From an uncultured Opitutales bacterium (lineage in GTDB: Bacteria; Verrucomicrobiota; Verrucomicrobiia; Opitutales; Intestinicryptomonadaceae): DNA of 32,000 nt. How positions within the stretch are numbered: position 1 is the stretch's first letter; every line of letters begins with the position of its first letter. The notes under the pieces were generated by a model. It was not told where the DNA came from and did not search any database. It saw only the letters and a program-made list of their open reading frames with translations. Positions 1-7,370 of this stretch are shown here, piece by piece. The position numbers and the translations under genes are program-made. The DNA lies in contig CAKUIA010000009.1 of assembly GCA_934660865.1 (NCBI GenBank), positions 1-32,000 on the forward strand. Direction: 5' to 3'.

Positions 1-373
1 CTGGGCATTGTAAGAGATTTTTTCTCTTCTTTGCCCTCCTTTTTTTTATCCATTCCACTATCTTTGACGATGAGCGTTTTTTCGCATATCTTCATATCGG
101 TACAATTTGTCCGAAAAACTCGCATACAAAAAAGTTCTTTTGTAATTTTATCTATCGGGGCAGAACTTGTTGTTGGGAATGAAATGCGAAACGGGAAGAA
201 TAATCCGCCCGAACGCGCCGATATGGAAGCTGCGCAAAGACCCGAAAGATGTATTCCGGTAAATGCGGAAATTTCCGCACTGCACAGGTATACTCTTGCA
301 ATATCGACAAGTTCGGGACGGAATGTATGGATAATCGTTTTTTTAGATTTGCCAATATTCCGACGGCGAAATT

Positions 374-1951
374 TTACTTTGCTTGCCCGGAGCTTTTTAC
401 GGGTGCCTTTGCAGTAGATACTATTACCGATGTGTTTTTACTGTCGCCCGAATAGTAGGCTAGGTAGTGAACGTTGTCGATTTTAGTGGCGTTAACATTG
501 CCCGCATCGTACCCTATCGCGCTTGCAAATGCGATTATTTCAGGATTTGGCCAGCCCAGGGGATTCCCGAAAATTTTGTCGGCCTCAACTACCCTGCGCT
601 TTAACATTCCCCTTTCGCGCTGGTAGTAGTAGTTGCTTATAAGTCCTGTATTCTCGTCGAATATTATGCTCGGAGTCGAGATTAATACATCGGTTATATT
701 TGTCCTTTTCTTGGTCCATGTTTTACCGTAGTCTCTCGATTCTATCTGAAATTGGGCGCGCTCGGTAGATTCTTTTGCGTGTTCTATGCGCGCTACAACA
801 ATTATTCTGCCGTTGCCGATATATGCCGCCGCCGGCTCGGTTGTCCAGCCTATGTTGTCAAGCCCAGACTCTACAGTTTTTTGAACCCACGTTTCTCCGT
901 TATCGGAGCTTACAAGCGTTCCCCATGCGTTTTTGGCCTTTTCGCCGTAATTGCCCGTAAACCACAAAGCCATAAGTCCGACATTTGGCACATGGAATAT
1001 ATCGGTAATTTGCATAGGCATTGGGTCGAGCTTCGGGGTTGAAATGTGCGTAAAATTCACTCCGTCTTTGGTGCGGTAAAGTTTGTGAATGCGGTCTTTG
1101 CCTTGAAATCTAATCCATAGCAGCATATCGCCGTTTTTGTCCAACCCTTTGCCGATGGGAACTTCGCCGTATTTTGGGTCTGCAGACACAACGTGTGGGT
1201 TTGACCATGTTTTTCCTCCGTCTTCCGACACGCGCACATAAGATTCGCGCTTGCCTTCTCCGATATTGTGTGCTTTGCCGACGCTGTAAACGCATACTAG
1301 CTTGTTGCCAAGCGCCTGCATCATCGGCCACGAGTTGTATCCTTCTGCCGTCTCAACAGGCATGGGTTTTGGCAGATCCGCAACAGGGGTAATTTTGATT
1401 GCAGTCAGTGCTGTGGGGTATTCAAATGTATCGGAGCAGTCTGAAGCTTTGCGCTCGATTCTTATTTTAACCGGCAAACCTTGTTTTGCCTGATAGCACG
1501 ATTCCAATTCTATTCTTTTGCTTTTAGACGGAGTGCTGGAGATTTTCCCCCTTATAAAGGGGCTTTTAATTTTGTTTATTTCCTTTCCCGATGTCTGGTC
1601 TATCTGTGAAGATATTACTCTGTAAACGTCTTCTTTCGACGCATCTGCATTTTCCAACGGAGCCGTTTGAATCTCTATTTTTAGACCGCGGAATCCGGCG
1701 GGTACGTCGTTTAGTATGGCTTCAACGGATTCGTCAGCCTTGCCGGATAAAATCCATGCCTGAACGTTTCCGGAATCGGTTTTGATTGTTTTTTTATAAG
1801 GTTTGCCAGACGCTACGGAAATGTTTTGCGGATTTATTTCTATTTCGTTCGAAACTTCGTGCTTTGTGCATGAAGTATAGCCCAAGGTTAGGGCAATGAT
1901 TGATGCAGACATTATGCCTGCGAATATTTTTGAGCGTTTTTCCTTCATCAT
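374..1951 (-). CDS. BNR/Asp-box repeat, sialidase-fold (GH33-like) exported protein, probable lipoprotein
   Basis: 525-aa ORF starting ATGATG. Signal peptide ends ...IIALTLGYTSC. Three clear Asp-box repeats (S-x-D-x-G-x-T-W): SEDGGKTW, SSDNGETW, SRDYGKTW, plus a degenerate TKDGVNFT. About 180 aa of extra N-terminal domain. No F/Y-R-I-P motif seen. Confidence 0.8.
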   Translation of the reverse strand: MMKEKRSKIFAGIMSASIIALTLGYTSCTKHEVSNEIEINPQNISVASGKPYKKTIKTDSGNVQAWILSGKADESVEAILNDVPAGFRGLKIEIQTAPLENADASKEDVYRVISSQIDQTSGKEINKIKSPFIRGKISSTPSKSKRIELESCYQAKQGLPVKIRIERKASDCSDTFEYPTALTAIKITPVADLPKPMPVETAEGYNSWPMMQALGNKLVCVYSVGKAHNIGEGKRESYVRVSEDGGKTWSNPHVVSADPKYGEVPIGKGLDKNGDMLLWIRFQGKDRIHKLYRTKDGVNFTHISTPKLDPMPMQITDIFHVPNVGLMALWFTGNYGEKAKNAWGTLVSSDNGETWVQKTVESGLDNIGWTTEPAAAYIGNGRIIVVARIEHAKESTERAQFQIESRDYGKTWTKKRTNITDVLISTPSIIFDENTGLISNYYYQRERGMLKRRVVEADKIFGNPLGWPNPEIIAFASAIGYDAGNVNATKIDNVHYLAYYSGDSKNTSVIVSTAKAPVKSSGQAK

Positions 1952-2388
1952 AATATACAGTTCTTGTGGGTTGTTATCGTCTTCATATCGCGGACGACAA
2001 TTATATCATCGATATGATTATTCGATTAAAGACGAGTTTCTATTCAACTGCGCTGATATTGTCAATTCAGAAAGTATGCCGAATACTCTATGATACGTTA
2101 TAAATCCGTTATCGTTGTTGCAAACTTATATAGCATTGTATAGGTTTTCCGATGCCCATTCCTGCGACAAGACGGTATACTGTTTTGTTTGTATATTAAC
2201 CTCGCAAAAAAGTCTGACAATTTTGCCAACTTCGTATTTTCCTGTAAAAACTAAATAGCATCGGAGTTGTTGTAGTACATTCGCCTTTTTTTGTTTGTTT
2301 TTTCTCAATCTTTTACTCCCATTATACTATCTTTAACGGAGAATGTTGGATTTTAACTTTAAAGCTATGCAATCAATAAAAAACAGGA

Positions 2389-2413
2389 AAGCCGCAAAAC
2401 TATTTTGCGGCTT
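2389..2413 (-). terminator. Hairpin terminator downstream of the 90-aa gene
   Basis: AAGCCGCAAAA / CTAT loop / TTTGCGGCTT, 6 nt after the stop at 2419. On the minus strand it is followed by a T-rich stretch (TTCCTGTTTTTTATT). The T-run is interrupted. Confidence 0.5.
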
Positions 2414-2418
2414 TTGGG

Positions 2419-2691
2419 TTATCTTAAAAACAGCGCGGTTTGGTTGGGGTAAACTTCGCGCTGAACTTTATAGAACAGGTTTTCCAACAAATTTATGCGT
2501 TCCGATAGCATATCAAGGTAAACTTCGGCGTTCATTGTTTTATTGCTGTATCCGCAGGGGTAAATTTCGGCCGCAAAAGTATTTTCGCCGTCCGCACTTT
2601 GCTCTTTGTAGATTAAAACCTGTATGGGGGCTTTGCACTTTGGGCAAATTGTAGCTCCCCTAATTCTTTTAAACTTGTTTTTGTGCTTCAT
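2419..2691 (-). CDS. Hypothetical small protein (90 aa), no recognised family
   Basis: ATG-initiated ORF bounded by hairpin terminators on both sides (2737-2766 upstream, 2389-2413 downstream). Basic N-terminus; one CPKC pair but no second Cys pair, so not a zinc ribbon. No signal peptide. Confidence 0.5.
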   Translation of the reverse strand: MKHKNKFKRIRGATICPKCKAPIQVLIYKEQSADGENTFAAEIYPCGYSNKTMNAEVYLDMLSERINLLENLFYKVQREVYPNQTALFLR

Positions 2692-2736
2692 AATTTAACT
2701 TTCGCTTATTATCGGCAAAAAGTTTTCTTATTTAGC

Positions 2737-2766
2737 AAAAAAATTGCCGCGTAAAATGCGCGGCAA
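2737..2766 (-). terminator. Rho-independent terminator of the secretin-motif gene
   Basis: Minus strand reads TTGCCGCG-CATTTTA-CGCGGCAA followed by TTTTTTT: a perfect 8-bp stem, 7-nt loop and T7 run, 25 nt after the stop at 2791. Confidence 0.7.
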
Positions 2767-2790
2767 AATAGGGAGGCTTTACTTTAAAAC

Positions 2791-3432
2791 CTATTTGTCT
2801 GCAAGCTTTACCGACAAAATTTCCACGGGGCTAAGCTGCGTGCCCCTTTCGTTGAAAAGCCCGCCTATAAGGGGAATGTCGCTCCAAAAAGGCGTTTTAT
2901 TTATAATGGAACATTCCCTAAATATAAAAATAAGGCTGTCTTTGGCAAACTGCGCTTTAAAATTTGCGTGTATAGTAAAATATTCGGCCGTTGCGGTGTT
3001 TTTCGAAAACAGATTGTCTTCTACAACAAAGCCCAAACCCTTGTCTAAATATTCAAAATCTACAATGTAGTTTTCGCCATTTTTGCCCGCAAGCTTTACC
3101 GAATATATTTGCCCAATTTTTTGGCAGTTTTCGGCAATGGCTTTTTCGTATAAAGCGTATTCGGGCGAATCTTTTGTCTTGTAATTTGCGGCTATCGGCG
3201 TGCTTTGGCAGTTTAAAAGCGAAGTTTTGTTTTCTTTTAGCACTAGCTTGCCTATTGGCTTTGCGGCTGCAATGTCGCTTGTATTTGCCTGCAAAACAAC
3301 AATATATAGCGTTGTGTTGCCGTCTATTACTTTTGTTGAAGATTGCGGTTTGCCATAGGCTAAGTCGGCGGCTTTATGCCAGTTATATTCCCACGCATCT
3401 AGCTTGCCCAGTTCAATTAACGGGGTTTGCAA
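2791..3432 (-). CDS. Exported protein with secretin C-terminal signature. The intact ORF is given here; the probable true start is ATG 3484 in another frame (1-nt frameshift, possible pseudogene or sequence error).
   Basis: 213-aa ORF (TTG at 3432) ends ...NKTPFWSDIPLIGGLFNERGTQLSPVEILSVKLADK, matching the secretin C-terminal pattern K-[VT]-P-x-L-x-x-I-P-x-[LI]-G-x-L-F. Upstream, ATG 3484 with RBS AAGGTGG encodes a textbook signal peptide, MKKLALIIASLALSTGAFA, in a different frame that stops at 3413-3415. Confidence 0.7.
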   Translation of the reverse strand: MQTPLIELGKLDAWEYNWHKAADLAYGKPQSSTKVIDGNTTLYIVVLQANTSDIAAAKPIGKLVLKENKTSLLNCQSTPIAANYKTKDSPEYALYEKAIAENCQKIGQIYSVKLAGKNGENYIVDFEYLDKGLGFVVEDNLFSKNTATAEYFTIHANFKAQFAKDSLIFIFRECSIINKTPFWSDIPLIGGLFNERGTQLSPVEILSVKLADK

Positions 3433-3515
3433 ATGCGCCTGTGCTTAGTGCCAAACTTGCAATAATAAGAGCCAATTTTTTCATAATACCACCTTTTTAT
3501 CTGTTTGTGTTTGCC

Positions 3516-3544
3516 AAAAAAAAAGCCCCGTTTTTGCGGGGCTT
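3516..3544 (-). terminator. Rho-independent terminator of the exbB-exbD-exbD operon
   Basis: Minus strand reads AAGCCCCG-CAAAAA-CGGGGCTT followed by a run of T residues. It starts 13 nt after the exbD stop at 3557. Confidence 0.85.
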
Positions 3545-3556
3545 ATGAAAGTTATA

Positions 3557-3997
3557 TTACAAACTCTTTCCGAACGATACGCTTTTTATGCGGGCCTTTT
3601 GGCAGGCGTCGAGTACCGATATGGAAGCCTGGTGGGGCGAGTCGGCGTCCGCCAAAATGGTAACAACCGTTTGCGTTTGGCTTCTGTCGGCGCTTGCCTT
3701 TAGGCGTGTAAGAGTTTCGGCCAATTCGGTAAACTCTATTTTGCCCGGGGCGTCCATCGGAATTTGGTTTAGCGTTATGCTGCCGTCGGGGTTGATTTCT
3801 ACAACCTGTTCGCTTGGCAATGCCGCCGGCCCTTTGCTTTCGACATTTACGGGCAAAAGCAAATTCAAGTCGGCTTCCTGTTGCATAGGCAGGCACATAA
3901 AGTAAATCAACAAAAGGAACACAACGTCGATCATCGAGGTTAAGTCGAAATTATCGTCGCTTGTTATTACCGATTTCTTTTCCTTACGTTTTGCCAT
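3557..3997 (-). CDS. exbD: ExbD/TolR-family biopolymer transport protein (second copy)
   Basis: Track ORF 3557..4039 trimmed to ATG 3997 (MAKRKEKK...), 4 nt after the upstream stop. Single N-terminal TM with ExbD/TolR signature DLTSMIDVVFLLLIYFM, then a periplasmic domain. ExbD and TolR cannot be told apart from sequence alone. Confidence 0.9.
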   Translation of the reverse strand: MAKRKEKKSVITSDDNFDLTSMIDVVFLLLIYFMCLPMQQEADLNLLLPVNVESKGPAALPSEQVVEINPDGSITLNQIPMDAPGKIEFTELAETLTRLKASADRSQTQTVVTILADADSPHQASISVLDACQKARIKSVSFGKSL

Positions 3998-4001
3998 ATC
4001 G

Positions 4002-4406
4002 CTAGTCCTGAGTTGTGGCGAATATGATGGTATAGGCACCTACTTCGGCGCATTTTTCCATCAAATCGTTAATATATTTGTGCGGAGTAGCCCTGTCGGC
4101 CCTCAAGTAAACACCCTTAAAGTCGGCGTCGTCGGCGCGGTTTGCAATGGCGGCTTTTATTTCGTCTAGGTTGCTCTTTTTGGCGCCCAGATAATATGTG
4201 CCGTCTTTTTCTATCGAAACAAACTGCCTGCCCTGACTGTTTTCGGGAACTTTGGCCTCCGGAGCCATCGGAATTTCCATCTCAATCAATTCCGCCGAAG
4301 CGAAACTTGTAACCGTCATAAAGAAGGATACGAGAAGGAATACGACGTCAATCATCGAAGTGAGATTGAAGTTTCCGTCGCTATCGTCTGGTTTCCAGCC
4401 TCTCAT
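4002..4406 (-). CDS. exbD: ExbD/TolR-family biopolymer transport protein (first copy)
   Basis: 134 aa with signature NLTSMIDVVFLLVSFFM. Sits 25 nt downstream of exbB. Confidence 0.9.
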   Translation of the reverse strand: MRGWKPDDSDGNFNLTSMIDVVFLLVSFFMTVTSFASAELIEMEIPMAPEAKVPENSQGRQFVSIEKDGTYYLGAKKSNLDEIKAAIANRADDADFKGVYLRADRATPHKYINDLMEKCAEVGAYTIIFATTQD

Positions 4407-4431
4407 TTAAGTTGAAAGTTAAATTAAAGAC

Positions 4432-5247
4432 TTATTTCTGTTCTTCGGCTTTGGGGGCTTCGTCGCCGTTGTCGAGTTCCTGCGGGCCGTATTTTAGCGA
4501 AACTTGCATTGTAAAGAGCAAGTCGCCCACAATTCTGCCGATACCGGAAGTGATGTTTGCAAACTTGTTTTTAAAGTAGAAGAAGAACACCATGGCGGGA
4601 ATACCGATTATCATACCCGCAGCCGTTGTAATAAGAGCTTCGGAAATGTTGCCTGCCAACCTTTGTGCGGAGCCCGCGCCTTCGGCCGCGATGGTATCGA
4701 ACGCCTTAACCATACCCGAAACCGTACCGTACAGACCCAACATGGGAGAGATTGTAGCGATAACCGAGATGTAGCTGATAAGGGTGTAGGGGGCGGCCAA
4801 TTCTTCCATAGAAGCTTCTTCCATAGCCGCGTTAACCGCGTCGATGTCTACGTCTTTGCCGTAAACGCGCGAAAGACCCGTGCCGATGATGTTTGTGATT
4901 GGGGCGGGGTGGTCTTCGCAATATTTGCGCGCGCCTTCCAAGTCTAAAGCGTTAAGTTTCTTTTCCAATTCGGGAACGCCGTCGGGGAGAAGATACTTCT
5001 TTTTACGCAACGAAATGAAATTGTAGATGACAAGGGCGATACCCGCAATCGACAAGAATCCCAAAGGATACATTGTTATACCACCTGCGGCCCAGATTTC
5101 GCCGAAAGTCTTGTTCTTTACTTGGGGGCCTTTTTGGGCTTCGGACTGTTCGGTTGCGGCCGCGTCGGTTGCGGGAGCCGCTTGGCCGAAGGCCACGAAA
5201 GAGCCAGTTAATATAGCGAATATAGTGATTAGTTTCTTTATTTTCAT
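4432..5247 (-). CDS. exbB: MotA/TolQ/ExbB-family proton channel
   Basis: 271 aa with a signal-peptide-like N-terminus (…SFVAFGQAA). TM helices and family signature SPMLGLYGTVSGMVKAF ... ISEALITTAAGMIIGIPAMVFFFYF. Confidence 0.9.
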   Translation of the reverse strand: MKIKKLITIFAILTGSFVAFGQAAPATDAAATEQSEAQKGPQVKNKTFGEIWAAGGITMYPLGFLSIAGIALVIYNFISLRKKKYLLPDGVPELEKKLNALDLEGARKYCEDHPAPITNIIGTGLSRVYGKDVDIDAVNAAMEEASMEELAAPYTLISYISVIATISPMLGLYGTVSGMVKAFDTIAAEGAGSAQRLAGNISEALITTAAGMIIGIPAMVFFFYFKNKFANITSGIGRIVGDLLFTMQVSLKYGPQELDNGDEAPKAEEQK

Positions 5248-5366
5248 TTTTCTTGTAATAAAAGATTAATAGTTTCGCCTTTTGCAACGATACATAACAA
5301 AAGACTTTTTAGTTGCGACAATATTGGTCGAACTTGTCGGCTTATTCAAGGTTTTTATTAAAAAAA

Positions 5367-5783
5367 CTAAGAATTTTTGTGTTCTTTTGCAAAATCCAGA
5401 ATTTTTTCGATTAGTTTCGACAGGCCGTTGCGCCTGTTTGCGCTTAGTTGCGAGCTAATGCCCGCCTTTTCGAACACCGATTCGTCGGCCGAAAGTATCT
5501 CATCGGGGCTAAGGTTGTCGAAAAATTCGCAGACAAGGTTTGCAACGCCCTTTGTTATTATCGAATCGGCCGCCGATTGAAAGCGGCACTTGCCGTTTTC
5601 GAACCTGCGCGAAATCCACAAATTTGAAACGCAGCCCTTTACGATGTTTTCGTCGGTGCAAATTTCCTTCGGGGGCTGAATGTGCTTGTATTTGCCGATT
5701 ATGTATTCGAATCTGTCCTGGGCGGTGTCGAAACACTGCATTTCGTCGAGCAGGGCCTTTGTTCTTTCTTCTATTATGCTCAT
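5367..5783 (-). CDS. sufE: SufE/CsdE-family sulfur acceptor protein
   Basis: 138 aa with conserved Cys loop VKGCVSNLWI and a C-terminal ...SANRRNGLSKLIEKI pattern typical of SufE. Starts 1 nt after the lpxI stop. Confidence 0.85.
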   Translation of the reverse strand: MSIIEERTKALLDEMQCFDTAQDRFEYIIGKYKHIQPPKEICTDENIVKGCVSNLWISRRFENGKCRFQSAADSIITKGVANLVCEFFDNLSPDEILSADESVFEKAGISSQLSANRRNGLSKLIEKILDFAKEHKNS

Positions 5784-5784
5784 T

Positions 5785-6627
5785 TTATATTCCGAAAATT
5801 TTTATGTTAAGCGAGCTTGCGTATTGCAGCAGGTTTTCCCTGTTTAGCATAAGCACCTTTTCGCTTTCGATTGCCACGTTTTGTATGCCGGCTTCGCCCA
5901 GCTTTAAAAGCGTTCTTTCGCCTATAACGGGAACGTCGAACCTGTAGTCTTGGTTGGCCTTTACGGTTTTAAGGAAAAGCATTTCCTTCGCCTTAAACTG
6001 CGCGCAGCGCTCTATCATATTGTCGGTGCCGTCGAAGCCCTCTACCGCAAGGGTGGTTCCGTTTGCGACAACGCAGGCCTGGCCGATATTCAGGCGCGCG
6101 CATTCGCGCACGATTTTAAGCCCGTGCTCGAATGTGTTTTGGCTTATGTTCCACTTTTTGCAGTTCATAAAGCCGCATGTCGCCAAATCGTTGTCCATAA
6201 ACGAGCGGGCGTCTACCAGCTCCACGCCGATTTTCGAAAGCTCTTTTGCTATCGCCCCGAAAATGCTTTCGGCGTTTTTTTCCTTTAGCGTCGCTAAAAT
6301 CAGCATTGCCTTTAAATCGGGCTTAAGGCCGTCGAACAGCCTTTTGGGGCGCACTTGCCCCGCCATAATAGCGTGGGGCGACATAAATTTTTTTGCGCTT
6401 TTAAGCAGGGCGCCCAGCTGGCCTATGTTTATCTTGACTCTTTCGCTTTCGGCAAACGAGTTGAACAGGTCGTCTTCCGTTTCGTCTTCGAGGGCTATTA
6501 GATTTATTTTTACACCCGCTTGCCTTGCGTTTTTTGCCACAATTTTGGGGTATATGCCCCTGCCCGCAATAAGGGTAATGCCCTTTTGCGCGTCGAACGA
6601 AGGCGGCAGAAATTTTGATATGCTCAT
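5785..6627 (-). CDS. lpxI: UDP-2,3-diacylglucosamine diphosphatase LpxI (DUF1009 family)
   Basis: 280 aa. N-terminal LIAGRGIYPKIV, central AIMAGQVRPKRLF, C-terminal GTDNMIERC...LKTVKANQDYRFDVPVIGERTL, which is the LpxI/DUF1009 pattern. ATGA overlap with the upstream gene. Confidence 0.85.
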   Translation of the reverse strand: MSISKFLPPSFDAQKGITLIAGRGIYPKIVAKNARQAGVKINLIALEDETEDDLFNSFAESERVKINIGQLGALLKSAKKFMSPHAIMAGQVRPKRLFDGLKPDLKAMLILATLKEKNAESIFGAIAKELSKIGVELVDARSFMDNDLATCGFMNCKKWNISQNTFEHGLKIVRECARLNIGQACVVANGTTLAVEGFDGTDNMIERCAQFKAKEMLFLKTVKANQDYRFDVPVIGERTLLKLGEAGIQNVAIESEKVLMLNRENLLQYASSLNIKIFGI

Positions 6628-7370
6628 TTCGAATAGCGCGTATGCTTGGGTTTTTCGTTCAATAGTGCGTTTGGCAAAATTCTTTTTGGGCTTAGTTTGC
6701 CGTTTTGCGAGCTTATAATAACGGTGTCGAACGCCGTCTTTAAGTCTGCAAAGGGCTTTTCGCCGCCCAAAATAAAGGGTCTAGACGCCGCTACAATATT
6801 GCCGTTTACGCATTTTACCGACCAGGTTTCGCCGCCCGCCAAAAGCTTTTCGAACGATTTGTTGCGAAGCAGCCTTGCGTTTTGGTTTAGCAGCGAAACT
6901 TTGTCTTCGTTTTCGCCCACGCTAAATATTGCGCTTTGCGACCTTAAATCGTATTCGCCGCGCGGCGTTTTTACAATAAATTCCGACGACGGCCTAAGCT
7001 GCGGGTTAAGGAAAAACACGGTTCCCTTTTCTATGCTTATTTCAAGCAGCGTTTTTTGCGATTCGTAAGGCGTGCTTTTGTCGAAAACAACGGGGCTTTC
7101 CTGCCAAAACTTTTCTATTTTAAGCTTGGCCGGCCCCGCAATTTTTACCGAGCTTTTGTTCGAAAGCACAAAGTACACGCTTTGGTTGTCTTTGCATTCA
7201 AACACAAAGCCCTCGGCCTTTTCGAACGCGTTGGCCGAAAAGCTTTTGCCGTCTTTTGTAATAGAGGGGTTGTTCCTTGCCGTGTGTACGAAAAGCATTG
7301 CGCTGTCGGCTTCGGCGAAAGCTGCCAAAGCTACAAACAACGCAAACAATATAGCCGAAAGGGCTTTCAT
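6624..7370 (-). CDS. Secreted hypothetical protein, FecR-domain-like
   Basis: 248 aa with signal peptide MKALSAILFALFVALAAFAEA. The central region follows the FecR beta-sandwich pattern (…SVYFVLSNKSSVKIAGPAKLKI…LEISIEKGTVFFLN…FIVKTPRGEYDLRSQSAIFSV…VSLLNQNARLL). TAATG overlap with leuS and ATGA overlap with lpxI. Confidence 0.75.
   Translation of the reverse strand: MKALSAILFALFVALAAFAEADSAMLFVHTARNNPSITKDGKSFSANAFEKAEGFVFECKDNQSVYFVLSNKSSVKIAGPAKLKIEKFWQESPVVFDKSTPYESQKTLLEISIEKGTVFFLNPQLRPSSEFIVKTPRGEYDLRSQSAIFSVGENEDKVSLLNQNARLLRNKSFEKLLAGGETWSVKCVNGNIVAASRPFILGGEKPFADLKTAFDTVIISSQNGKLSPKRILPNALLNEKPKHTRYSK

Noticed and set aside
1-95. Possible 5' end of a minus-strand gene running off the window (ATG at 95: MKICEKTLIVKDSGMDKKKEGKEEKK...)
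   Set aside because: Only about 31 codons are visible and there is no RBS before ATG 95. An AGGAGG at 34-39 is about 26 nt from the next ATG. The call cannot be supported from this fragment.
31-417. ORFs 31-417 (+), 152-355 (-) and 249-455 (+) in the leftmost non-coding stretch
   Set aside because: They overlap one another, lack RBS and ATG support (152-355 starts at TTG), and give odd-composition products. 31-417 and 249-455 run into the 3' end of the BNR gene on the opposite strand.
3485-3515. TTGGCA element just downstream of the exbD terminator, as a sigma54 or -35 promoter element for the secretin-motif gene
   Set aside because: No TTGC at the N5 spacing required for sigma54. The spacing to the nearest -10-like hexamer (GATAAA) is only about 10 nt.
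5954-6718. 254-aa ORF on the plus strand
   Set aside because: Antisense to lpxI and the end of the FecR-like gene. The sense-strand products carry strong family signatures and are translationally coupled.
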